A DNA stretch of 63,752 nt, the filler included, from Octopus bimaculoides (Eukaryota), in assembly GCF_001194135.2 (NCBI RefSeq). It is 6 parts of 6 records of this genome, joined end to end, with 100 filler letters (N's around TTAATTAATTAA, not from the genome) between each part and the next. Parts side by side here need not be neighbours in the genome. Positions count along the whole stretch, not along the records: positions 42,979 to 55,495 come from NC_069010.1; positions 55,596 to 57,967 come from NC_069008.1; positions 58,068 to 61,110 come from NC_068986.1; positions 61,211 to 63,752 come from NC_068984.1; 2 more parts are not named here. One strand, written 5' to 3'. The notes beneath the pieces were generated by a model. It was not told where the DNA came from. It saw nothing but the letters and a program-made list of their open reading frames with translations, and made no database searches. Shown here in pieces: positions 51,081 through 61,282 of the stretch. How positions within the stretch are numbered: position 1 is the stretch's first letter; the number at the start of each line of letters is the position of its first letter. The position numbers and the translations under genes were made by a program.

Positions 51081-53689
51081 ATAACATGAGTATCATAAGA
51101 ACCTAAAAAAAAAAAAAAAAGGGTCGAGAAACACAGACCTAGCTGATTAGTGACTAACTCAGCGGATGAGTTGTCGACCCAGCAGATTGGTGGCTGACCA
51201 GATGGATCGAGGGGTTGGACCCTGGCAGCTTCCAACTACGAAGGTTGCCCCCCACCCCCTCAAACAAAACAACCTGGACTGGTGAATGTCTGGGGAAATT
51301 CAGGACTAGGGGAGGTAACTTCGGGTATACTGCTACCACCCCCAAAAAAACGAAAAGTTAAAAAGCAACACCAATTGCTAACCTCCATTAATTTCGTTGC
51401 CAATGGCGACGACGAAAGATAGGAGAATATCGCCCCCACCACCACTCAACATAGATATACTTCTGGACAAATCCCCAGTAAATCATGGCTACTAGGGTCT
51501 GCACAAGAACATGGCTAGAGAGGGCTCTTCTTCTCCTGTTGGTATATTAAACTAAAATCAAACAATGCCAAAACAAAAGTTAACCAAACAAACATCTATT
51601 TTTTCTATTAAGTTTATTGACGATGATGATGATGATTGCGGTGAGGTGGGTGAAGAGGGCGGCGAAGGTGGCAGCGGTGGCAGCAGCGNNNNNNNNNNNN
51701 NNNNNNNNNNNNNNNNNNNNNNNNNNNNNNNNNNNNNNNNNNNNNNNNNNNNNNNNNNNNNNNNNNNNNNNNNNNNNNNNNNNNNNNNNNNNNNNNNNNN
51801 NNNNNNNNNNNNNNNNNNNNNNNNNNNNNNNNNNNNNNNNNNNNNNNNNNNNNNNNNNNNNNNNNNNNNNNNNNNNNNNNNNNNNNNNNNNNNNNNNNNN
51901 NNNNNNNNNNNNNNNNNNNNNNNNNNNNNNNNNNNNNNNNNNNNNNNNNNNNNNNNNNNNNNNNNNNNNNNNNTGGTGGTGGTGGCTGCGGCAGCGGCGG
52001 CGGCAGTGATGGCGATGGTGTGGTAATTAGGATGCAGTGATGATGATGATGTTGGTGGTGGTGGCGGAGGCGGTGACGAGGAGCCAATGATGGCAAGTGA
52101 TAAGGGTGAGGACAAGGATGAGGACGAAGATGATGGCGATGATGATGATGATTGCGGTGAGGTGGGTGAAGAGGGCGGCGAAGGTGGCAGCGGTGGCAGC
52201 AGCGTTTGTCACAGAAATGGAAAGAGACAGCAGAAGAAGAAGAAGAAGAAGAAGAAGAATTGGAAGAAGAAGAATTGGAAGAAGAAGGACAGCAGATGTA
52301 GACAGAGAAAGAAACAGAAAACAAAACAAAACAAAACAACAACTGTCTTTGATTCCTGCTGGCTCCAAACCAATTTGGAACAACAACAACAACAACAACA
52401 ACATCTGGATGATCAGAAGTAGTAGTAGTAATAGCAGTAGTGGTGGTGGTGTTGGTGGTGGTTGACTAATAGTTGTGGGTCATATCTACTGGAATCATGA
52501 GAATATTTAAAGGAAATTACACAAAACAAGCAGCAGCAGCAGTAGCAGTAGTAGTAGTAGTCGTTAAACTGTTCCTCTCTTCTGTTACAGCGCATTCTTG
52601 TCCTATTTATTATCTGCGGAGGTAATCACTGTTGTAGTGCTGGAGTGGTATTGTTGGTGCTGCGGTTTGTGTCGTAGTGTAAGCGATCGTTGTGTCGGTG
52701 GTGGTAGTGTTGCGGTGTGTTGGTTGTGTCGTAGTGTAAAGTGGTTGTTGTTTGTGTTAGCAATGGTGTGAGAATGGAGTCCGAGTTTTGGCAAGATGCA
52801 CACACATGCATACAGAGAAACACGCATACACACAAACTATCTTTCTCTTTTTTACACACACACACACACATACACAAACGCATAAGGATAAACACCCACC
52901 CACACAAACTCTCTCTCTCTCTCTCACATGGACACACACACACATACACAGAAACGCACATACAGACATGCATGCACACACACATGAACACAAACTCTCT
53001 ATCTATCTCTCTCTCTTTCTTACACACACACACATTTATTTAAACTTTATTAAAAGCAAAACAAACACTCACCACCACCACCACCGCCACCACCACCNNN
53101 NNNNNNNNNNNNNNNNNNNNNNNNNNNNNNNNNNNNNNNNNNNNNNNNNNNNNNNNNNNNNNNNNNNNNNNNNNNNNNNNNNNNNNNNNNNNNNNNNNNN
53201 NNNNNNNNNNNNNNNNNNNNNNNNNNNNNNNNNNNNNNNNNNNNNNNNNNNNNNNNNNNNNNNNNNNNNNNNNNNNNNNNNNNNNNNNNNNNNNNNNNNN
53301 NNNNNNNNNNNNNNNNNNNNNNNNNNNNNNNNNNNNNNNNNNNNNNNNNNNNNNNNNNNNNNNNNNNNNNNNNNNNNNNNNNNNNNNNNNNNNNNNNNNN
53401 NNNNNNNNNNNNNNNNNNNNNNNNNNNNNNNNNNNNNNNNNNNNNNNNNNNNNNNNNNNNNNNNNNNNNNNNNNNNNNNNNNNNNNNNNNNNNNNNNNNN
53501 NNNNNNNNNNNNNNNNNNNNNNNNNNNNNNNNNNNNNNNNNNNNNNNNNNNNNNNNNNNNNNNNNNNNNNNNNNNNNNNNNNNNNNNNNNNNNNNNNNNN
53601 NNNNNNNNNNNNNNNNNNNNNNNNNNNNNNNNNNNNNNNNNNNNNNNNNNNNNNNNNNNNNNNGTCTTCCAAGTTATTTGGTGACCCTG

Positions 53690-53815
53690 TTCGGTGCTGG
53701 TGCCACATAAAAAGCACTGACTCTACTCTGCGGGGGCGGTTGGTGTTAGGAAGGACATCCAGCCGTAAAAACCATGCCAAAACAGACACAGAAGCATGGC
53801 ACAGGCTCCTGCCTG
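53690..53815 (+). mobile_element. Retroposon family D fragment
   Basis: GGTGCCACATAAAAAGCAC ... GGTGTTAGGAAGGACATCCAGCCGTAAAAACCATGCC. Confidence 0.65.
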
Positions 53816-53881
53816 GCCAGAAAACAAGACATTTGTACTCAGAGCCCAGAACTGGTTTCAGCCGGTTTGGTAACGAAGGGG

Positions 53882-54030
53882 TTAATCCTCAAGCATTCTG
53901 ATTACTCTTTCGAATGCATTACTTATTTATTCACATTGTTTTGAATTAATTTATGCATTAACTTGTAGTTTCAAGATTCCAACAATACAACTGTTTAACA
54001 TCTAGGATGACATTGTAAGGTAGGTGTGAG
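53882..54030. mobile_element. piggyBac-type MITE, left part only
   Basis: TTAATCCTCAAGCATTCTGATT ... TAAGGTAGGTGTGAG is colinear with 44054-44200 and runs into the minisatellite. Confidence 0.6.
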
Positions 54031-54031
54031 G

Positions 54032-54345
54032 GACCAGCACAGGGGCTTTCTATGTGGCATCGGCAAGGATGCTTTTCACATGGCACCAATATAGACGCTT
54101 TCTTTGTGGGGCCAGCATGGGTGCTTTTCACGTGACACCAGTATGGACGTTTTCTATGTGGGGCCAGCATGGCTGCTTCCTATGTGGAGCCAGCATCAAT
54201 GCTTTCTATGTGGGGCCAGCATCAATGCTTTCTATGTGGGGCCAGCATCAATGCTTTCTATGTGGGGCCAGCATAGGTGCTTTCTTTGTGGGGCCAGCAT
54301 GGTTGCTTTTGACATGGCACCAGCATGGATGCCGTGTATGTGGCT
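54032..54345 (+). repeat. 26-bp minisatellite, about 12 units
   Basis: Unit GCCAGCATCAATGCTTTCTATGTGGG, interspersed with the variant GCTTTTCACATGGCACCAGCAT. Confidence 0.9.
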
Positions 54346-54558
54346 TCAGTACAAGTATTTTCACATGGTGCCGTACTTTATACACGTATAATTTAATATG
54401 GGTGTGTGTCTGTGTGTCACCCTTTTATTGCCTTAACTTCGTATGATGCTTGTAAATGAATGTCACCACCATAGGGGCTATGCCTATATGAATCTAGATA
54501 CCCCTCCCCCCACACATTGCCATTTAGAGGTCGGACACTACATTTAATGAGCCTAGAT

Positions 54559-54737
54559 TAGTGGTTCACAACCACAGCTCCAACAACCGCGTATATTTCT
54601 CCATAAATATTAATTAATATAAACATTTAACTTTAATTAACTTGCCCTTTACTTACTTACTTAAGTGCAGGGCTCCCTAAAAGAAAAATCCAGGTTTTGG
54701 ATTGGACCCAGATAATGAAAATGGTTTGGAGCCACTG
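54559..54737. mobile_element. hAT-type MITE
   Basis: TAGTGGTTCACAACCA ... TGGTTTGGAGCCACTG imperfect TIRs. Confidence 0.5.
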
Positions 54738-55125
54738 GTCTTTAAATTCTCATGCCAGAACACACACACACAAAGCCTTGTAATAATTACCAAAGCTTCA
54801 TTGAGGACAAAAGCTATTTATTGGAAGGACTCCAATGGCAATTGGTGACACACTGACCACAATGAGTGAATGGGTGGAGAGAGAGAGAGAGAGGTGGGGA
54901 GGGCAGAAAGTGATGGAGTGGGGGGAAGAGACGGAAATGTTTCTTAGATGGGTGCACACATATCAGGGGTAGATGTTTGTATGTGAGTGCATCATGGGTG
55001 TATTCTATATGCATGCTGTGTGTGTATGTGGGTATAGCAACCTATATTTCACCACACTAATTTTATCACAAGAATCTCTTATCGGAAAATCACAACTTCA
55101 CCATGGGTGTGTATATGTGTACGGG

Positions 55126-55157
<32 letters not shown>

Positions 55158-55339
55158 CATACACAGATACGTGCGTAGTGGTGGTGGTGATGACAACTAA
55201 GTGATACGGTTGAAGGAATTACGGTTGTGAGGGAGATGGAAGTGGGGTAGGTGACACAGCTACATGTTTGTATGTATGTATGTATGTATGTGTGTACATA
55301 CACATACACACACAGTGCTAGCATAGAAAAATGAATGAA

Positions 55340-55385
<46 letters not shown>

Positions 55386-55595
55386 ACTTATATATATTTA
55401 CACACGCCTAAGATGCTGACAGTGGTGGAATAGTGATAGGGGTAGAGATACAGGAGTGGGGAATTGGTGGTGGTCGGGTAGGGCAGACAGACACANNNNN
55501 NNNNNNNNNNNNNNNNNNNNNNNNNNNNNNNNNNNNNNNTTAATTAATTAANNNNNNNNNNNNNNNNNNNNNNNNNNNNNNNNNNNNNNNNNNNN

Positions 55596-55735
55596 TCTCC
55601 GCTAGAAGTATTCCTACGCCCCCGACCCCGTCAGTGTTCCCTGCCCAGAAAATCTTGTACCTGTGTTCTTTGCCTGTGAGGAACCTTGCAGAACCTCCTC
55701 TCCATCTTACTTCCTGGATGCAGCACATATCTACG
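55596..55735 (-). pseudogene. LINE (RTE-type) apurinic endonuclease domain fragment
   Basis: VDMCCIQEVRWRGGSARFLTGKEHRYKIFWAGNTDGVGGVGILLAE carries the QE-x-RW and GVG motifs. Cut by a gap on one side and (TA)n on the other. Confidence 0.85.
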
Positions 55736-55841
55736 CATATATATATATATATATATCTTAAAAAATAGAGCTCAAAATCGATGCATTGAAGATACTTTAT
55801 TGCAGCAACAATTATAATAGTAGAAACAGCCACAATAAGCC

Positions 55842-55978
55842 AAACCTATTCACGTTTCGATAGAGTATCCAGGATAAATAAACCACATCATAAAATGTCT
55901 CATAAAATATTATAACATATTATAACACATTACAAATTACAAATTATAAATTGCCGGATACTCCATCTCTTCAGGGTT
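55842..55978 (-). ncRNA. Hammerhead-like motif with 14-bp helix II and 81-nt AT-rich loop
   Basis: Minus strand: aacc-CTGAAGA-gatggagtatccgg-loop-ctggatactctatc-GAAA-CG-TG-aata-ggtt. Helix II is 14/14 allowing G-U; the cleavage triplet is non-canonical. Confidence 0.55.
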
Positions 55979-55991
55979 AGGGTTAGGGTTA
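55973..55991. repeat. Interstitial telomeric repeat, about 3 units of TTAGGG
   Basis: AGGGTTAGGGTTAGGGTTA overlapping the 5' edge of the hammerhead core. Confidence 0.8.
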
Positions 55992-56002
55992 TATATATAT
56001 AT

Positions 56003-56065
56003 ATATCATCATCATCATCATCATCATCGTTTAATGTCCGCTTTCCATGCTAGCATGGGTTGGAC
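56003..56065 (-). mobile_element. Very short family-D 3' end inserted in (TA)n
   Basis: (ATC)n-GTTTAATGTCCGCTTTCCATGCTAGCATGGGTTGGAC with TA runs on both sides. Confidence 0.8.
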
Positions 56066-56084
56066 TATATATATATATATATAT

Positions 56085-56698
56085 TTGAAGTTCAAAACTT
56101 CAAACATCTTAGAGTGATAGTGAATGACTAACGTTCCCAGTCTTGTGACCAAGGTCCCCACATGGCCAAAACAGCAGCAATGACCAAATTCAGAACACTG
56201 TGGAAAGACAGAAATATCTCACTGAGCTCCAAAATTAGGTTAACAAGATCATTAGTGATCTCAATATTCCTGTATGTCTGTGAGACATGGACACTGAAAG
56301 AAGAACTCAAAAGAAGAATACAGGCTACAGAGATCAAATGTTTCAGGAGACTTAGGGAATATCATACAGAGATCGTGTCACAAATGAGGAAGTGAAAAGA
56401 AGTATACGACAGGCAATAGGATCCTATGAGGAACTTCTTACCAGAGTAAAGAAACGCAAGCTCAGGTGGTTTGGGCATATCACATGCTCATCAGGGATGG
56501 TCATAACAATCCTTCAGGGAACAGTCAAAGGGGACAGACACAGAGGCAGACAGAAAAAGAGGTGGGAAAACAACATCTGTGAGTGGATAGGTCTAAATTT
56601 GAGAGATGAGATATGAGAGACAGAAGACAGGCAGGTGGAGGGATCTGGTTGCAAGGTCATCAGTGGTGCCCCAATGGTCAGCCATATTAGGGGATATG
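56085..56698 (+). pseudogene. 5'-truncated RTE LINE 3' end
   Basis: EVQNFKHLRVIVND ... WKDRNISLSSKIRLTRSLVISIFLYVCETWTL ... EIKCFRRL, frameshift, RDRVTNEEVK ... RKLRWFGHIT ... GRQKKRWENNI. TA-rich tracts on both sides. Confidence 0.9.
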
Positions 56699-57173
56699 TA
56701 ATATAATATATATGATGGGCTTCTTTCAGTTTCTGTTTACCAAATCCACTCACAAGGCTATAGCAGAAGATATTTTCCCAAGATGCCATGCAGTGGAACT
56801 GAACCTGAAACACAGCCACGTCTGTGCTACAGATTTCTCATAGGTATTCTCTAAGAGTGATAGCAGCTGTGTATATGAGGGTATTAATCTTACTTTAATA
56901 AACATCACATACTCCCATGTGCTCTCCAGTGATACTGTTGATTTTTTTTAAAGCAAGATGTTTCTTGCTGTAGCTGTTCCATTGTAAAGTTTAATTAAGT
57001 TGCAGTGAGCTTCATCCTAGTATTTTTTTAATCAGTTCATATATATGTAATAGAAGGGTTTTCATAGACTTTTCCATTGAATTGAAATAGATCTTGGTTT
57101 TGATACAGAGTCCAGGTAAAAGGAGAAGTGTACTTATGTCTTCTTAAAAAGCTTACTGGTGCTATATGGGTGG

Positions 57174-57393
57174 GATGGAGGATGCTGAAAAGTTCTTGGC
57201 TTTGAATAAAAGAAAATAGAGGAGGATCAGTTAATTATGATTTTATACAACATATTCCCCTCTCAGATTCCTACACTTATTGCAACAGCCCTTCAGTTTT
57301 TCTAAGCCCTGTAAAAGAACTCAGAAGGTCAGGCCACCAACCAGGCCATTCATGACACCCTTAAAGACAGGAATCTTTCAGAATCCCCTCATA
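57174..57393. mobile_element. Mariner-type MITE, second copy of 52-270
   Basis: Colinear along its length with 52-270; degenerate TIRs. Confidence 0.75.
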
Positions 57394-57564
57394 GTGTTCA
57401 TTTTGTCAGTGGTGTTGTTATTAATTTCAACCATGTGAAGTTCCATGTGGTGTAAGGTATATTTTTAAAAAATCTGATCTGAATTAAGCTACGTTGATAA
57501 GTGAAAGTTGTTTCTGGTGTTTCTTTTATTATAACTGAAGAAATAAACCAATAACTGAATTAAG

Positions 57565-57967
57565 CTGGAGGAGTTGTCTGTGTGTAAGAAGCTTGCTTCC
57601 TAACCACATGGTTCTGGGTTCAGTTCTTGGGCATGACAGCCAGGGCAAGTGTCTTCTATTATAGCATTGAGCAGATCAAAGCCTTGTGAGTGGATTTGGT
57701 AGATGGAAACTGAAAGAAGCCTGTTGTCATCATCATCATCATCGTTTAACGTCCGCTTTCCATGCTAGCATGGGTTGGACGATTTGACTGAGGACTGGTG
57801 AAACCGGATGGCAACACCAGGCTCCAGTCTGATTTGGCAGAGTTTCTACAGCTGGATGCCCTTCCTAACGCCAACCACTCAGAGAGTGTAGTGGGTGCTT
57901 TTACGTGTCACCCGCACGAAAACGGCCACGCTCGAAATGGTGTCTTTTATGTGCCACCCGCACAAGC
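57565..57967. mobile_element. SINE-B 5' half (+) with family D (-) inserted at its internal microsatellite site
   Basis: B core ends ...GAAAGAAGCCTGTTGT at about 57726, immediately followed by (CAT)n-CGTTTAACGTCCGC. Confidence 0.8.
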
Positions 57968-58614
57968 NNNNNNNNNNNNNNNNNNNNNNNNNNNNNNNNN
58001 NNNNNNNNNNNTTAATTAATTAANNNNNNNNNNNNNNNNNNNNNNNNNNNNNNNNNNNNNNNNNNNNCTCTCTCTCTCTCTAAGCTGGCCTGCAATCAAA
58101 GGCTCTTTTCCACTTCAGATTGAATTATACAAGGTATCTGTAGCTTTTTAAAAGGATATGGTGTGATTCGAGGGAGGTATGGCTGTTGTTTCTAGCAGAT
58201 TGAGTGGCCATGTAGGTCTTCCTCCATTCGACGGCTTAAGTGCTTTGAACATGTCTTGATTGTACAACACTAGAAGGAGAGAAATAACAGTGACCGTCGC
58301 TCCATTGATGCCCATCACCGAATAGAATACGTCGTCTATGATAGTGAAATACATACGTTCATGCACTCATATATCCATATATTCTTCCATACCTGTTGCA
58401 GTCATCGGACCCTGAATGCTTCGGTCGATTAATCCGACCCCTGTTCTTATTCTAAAGTTTGATACTTACTCTGTCGGTCTCTTTTTGCAGGGCTGCTAAG
58501 TTACGGGGATATAAGCAAACCAGCATTGGTTATCAGGCGATGGGAGAAACACACACACATACACACACACACATGTATGCATACACTCACAACGGGCTTC
58601 TGCAGTTTTCTTTT

Positions 58615-58845
58615 GTACTCTAAGTACGAGGCCCGAAATATTTGGGAAGGGGGCTAGTCGATTTGATCGACTCCACTACTGGTACTTAATTTATCAACCC
58701 CGAAAGGATGAAAGGCAAAGTCGACCTCGGTGGAATTTGAGCTCAGAACGTAAAGACAGACGAAATACTGCTAAGCATTTCGCCCGGCGTGCTAACGTTT
58801 CTTATTTCTTTATTGCCCACAGCGTTTCTGCCAGCTCGCCGCCTT
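58615..58845 (-). mobile_element. SINE-A carrying a 21-bp tail-1 insert in its head
   Basis: CGTTTC (58796-801), TTATTTCTTTATTGCCCACAG (58802-822), CGTTTC (58823-828). Confidence 0.85.
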
Positions 58846-59039
58846 CCGCAGTCTTCGCCCACCTAATTCTTTCATAAGACACATGTATTTGCTAACTTGC
58901 TATGCTGGTACAGACACACGTGTTATGTATGGATGTTTGTCATAAAAATGTCATGAAAGTTTCATACCCTTACTATGATGTATGACACTAATACAAACAT
59001 AATTTATCTGTAAGAAGTCGCTGTGTTGGCATTAACATA

Positions 59040-59585
59040 CACAGACACGCAGGAAGCAAGTAGACACATTTAAATTTCAAAATCTCTCATTTGATATTAA
59101 TTGGTTGAAGGAGAGGTTTTCTTCTAGCTGCTCGTCCATAATACCCAAGCTTATGCAGATACGTAACACACGTTCTTGGACTAACTTCTAGCTGTTTTGC
59201 TATGTCAGAAGCCTTCGAACGGGGTTTGTTTTCCACAATTCTCTTCAAACAGCGAAGCTTCCTTTCTGAGGGCCCAGGTCGGCCGTGATGAGAATCTGTT
59301 GATTCTTTTCCTTGGCTTTTGAATTGCACTATAATTCTATTAACAGTAGCAAGAGGAGTTTGAAGATTTTCGGCAATTTTTCACTGGCTAAGACCAGCCT
59401 CAGATTGTCCAACAATAACGACCTCTTTGAAAATCTGATAGTTTGCTGAATTTTTTGTGCGTGGCATGGTTACTCTTCGCAAATGTTTAATATAATGGCA
59501 CCTGAAATGAAAAAGAATAATTCCATTGTAAATTCTACACCGCTGAAAACATATTAAGACGCTATTTACTTCTTGCTTGTCTGTG
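59040..59585 (-). mobile_element. Internally deleted Tc1-like element with both TIRs, TA TSD and the transposase N-terminus
   Basis: 24-bp TIRs CACAGACACGCAGGAAGCAAGTAG and CTATTTACTTCTTGCTTGTCTGTG, each flanked by TA. ORF from 59467: MPRTK ... VIVGQSEAGLSQ*KIAENL ... GRP ... [32 protein letters not shown]. No DDE domain. Confidence 0.9.
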
Positions 59586-59764
59586 TACTTGATGTAGTCA
59601 GACAAGACATTTTAATTAAATAAATATTTACATCCGCCGTGGAGAGAGTCATCTGACCGATAAATTTTGGTCAAGAAGGACAGGACCAAAGATAACAAAT
59701 CTGGGACATAAATTGATTGAAATTAAAATGCAATAGAGGAAAGTCTGTTAAGCTTTACGGCGAT

Positions 59765-59806
59765 AACCTGGACATGTTTCTCTGTCATTAGAACTCATCA
59801 GCGAAG
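59765..59806 (-). ncRNA. Degenerate minimal hammerhead motif
   Basis: Minus strand: CTGATGA-gttctaatgacaga-GAAA-CATG-TC-cagg. Intact core and palindromic helix III (ACATGT); helix II only 3 bp and helix I weak. Confidence 0.5.
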
Positions 59807-60139
59807 CATAATCTAACTGCATTGGCAAAATGTTAGTTAACCTTCTCTTGATCACTGAAAAATTGCTTGGTACACAAAAAACATCGACCTCCCACTTGAC
59901 TTTCACTAATATCAACCGAGATCACTAAAGATCATCTTGCCTCTACTGATTAATCAGAAGCCAGGAACCAGTAGAAATTCTATCCACCATCTTGTTGTTC
60001 AGCATTCACTCCCAGATTGCTTGAATATGTATTCATGTATTTGATGCTATAAATCCTGCATTATCACATACATATCTAACAAATGTACCTACCTATATAT
60101 ACGCCCACATATTCGTAAACACTTATATACTGTATCTGT

Positions 60140-60345
60140 GTTTGTTCCTACTATCACTGCTTGACTACCGGCGTTGGTGTATTTGCGTCTCCGTAACTTA
60201 GCGGTTCGGCGAAAGAAACCGATAGAATACATATCAGGCTGAAAAAATAAGCAGTGGGGTTGATTCATTCAACTAAAAATTCTTCAAGGCGGTGCCCCAG
60301 CATGGCCGCAGTCTAATGACTGAAACAAGTAAAGGAATAAAAGAA
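60140..60345 (+). mobile_element. SINE family B, 3' half
   Basis: CCGTAACTTAGCGGTTCGGCGAAAG ... GCATGGCCGCAGTCTAATGACTGAAACAAGTAAAGGAATAAAAG. Confidence 0.85.
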
Positions 60346-60429
60346 TATATATATATGTATGTGTGTGTGTGTGTATGTGTGTGTATGTGTGTGTGTGTGT
60401 GTGAGTGTGNNNNNNNNNNTATATATATA

Positions 60430-60469
<40 letters not shown>

Positions 60470-60953
60470 TGTGTGTGTGTGTGAGTGTGTGTGTGTGAAT
60501 ATACATACATGCATACATATACACATAGCCCCCCCCCACCCCGTACATGTTGCTCGAACGCGCGAATGTGCGTATACAATAGTGGCGTTGTAAAACTTCC
60601 ATTCTTGAAATACAGAGAAAAGAATGAGACTTGGTTCCACGTCTGTTTCCCGCCACCAACCAAATCCCTGAACCTTGTAACCCCAGGGACGTTACTCATC
60701 GATAGTGTCTAACTTTAGAAAAACAACACCAGAAACACAGGGTCTAAATTCCCTTCCTCCCTTCGGAATAGAGCCTACCCCGGCGTCTGGTGTAGCTGGG
60801 TTAGGAAATCAATTGGGAACGAGATAATTCGCGATAAAATATTACAATTGATGTTGAGGCGTCTTTGTTGAGTCAGGGGGAAGTAACTGTATTCGGCGGT
60901 CAAATCTCATGACCTTCGCCAGATTCCATGAACGAAACATATAGACATACATT

Positions 60954-60998
<45 letters not shown>

Positions 60999-61210
60999 TG
61001 TGTGTATGTGTGTGCGTATGTATACACATATATATACATGTATAATATATATACATATATATATATATGCATATGTATATACACACATATATATATATAT
61101 ATATATACATNNNNNNNNNNNNNNNNNNNNNNNNNNNNNNNNNNNNNNNNNNNNTTAATTAATTAANNNNNNNNNNNNNNNNNNNNNNNNNNNNNNNNNN
61201 NNNNNNNNNN

Positions 61211-61282
<72 letters not shown>

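Noticed and set aside
51565-52465. Acidic, Gly- and Lys-rich ORFs (DDDDCGEVGEEGG)
   Set aside because: Mosaic of GAT/GGT/GAA trinucleotide repeats. The 67-bp repeat at 51622 and 52137 flanks a gap and may be an assembly duplicate. No splice or homology support.
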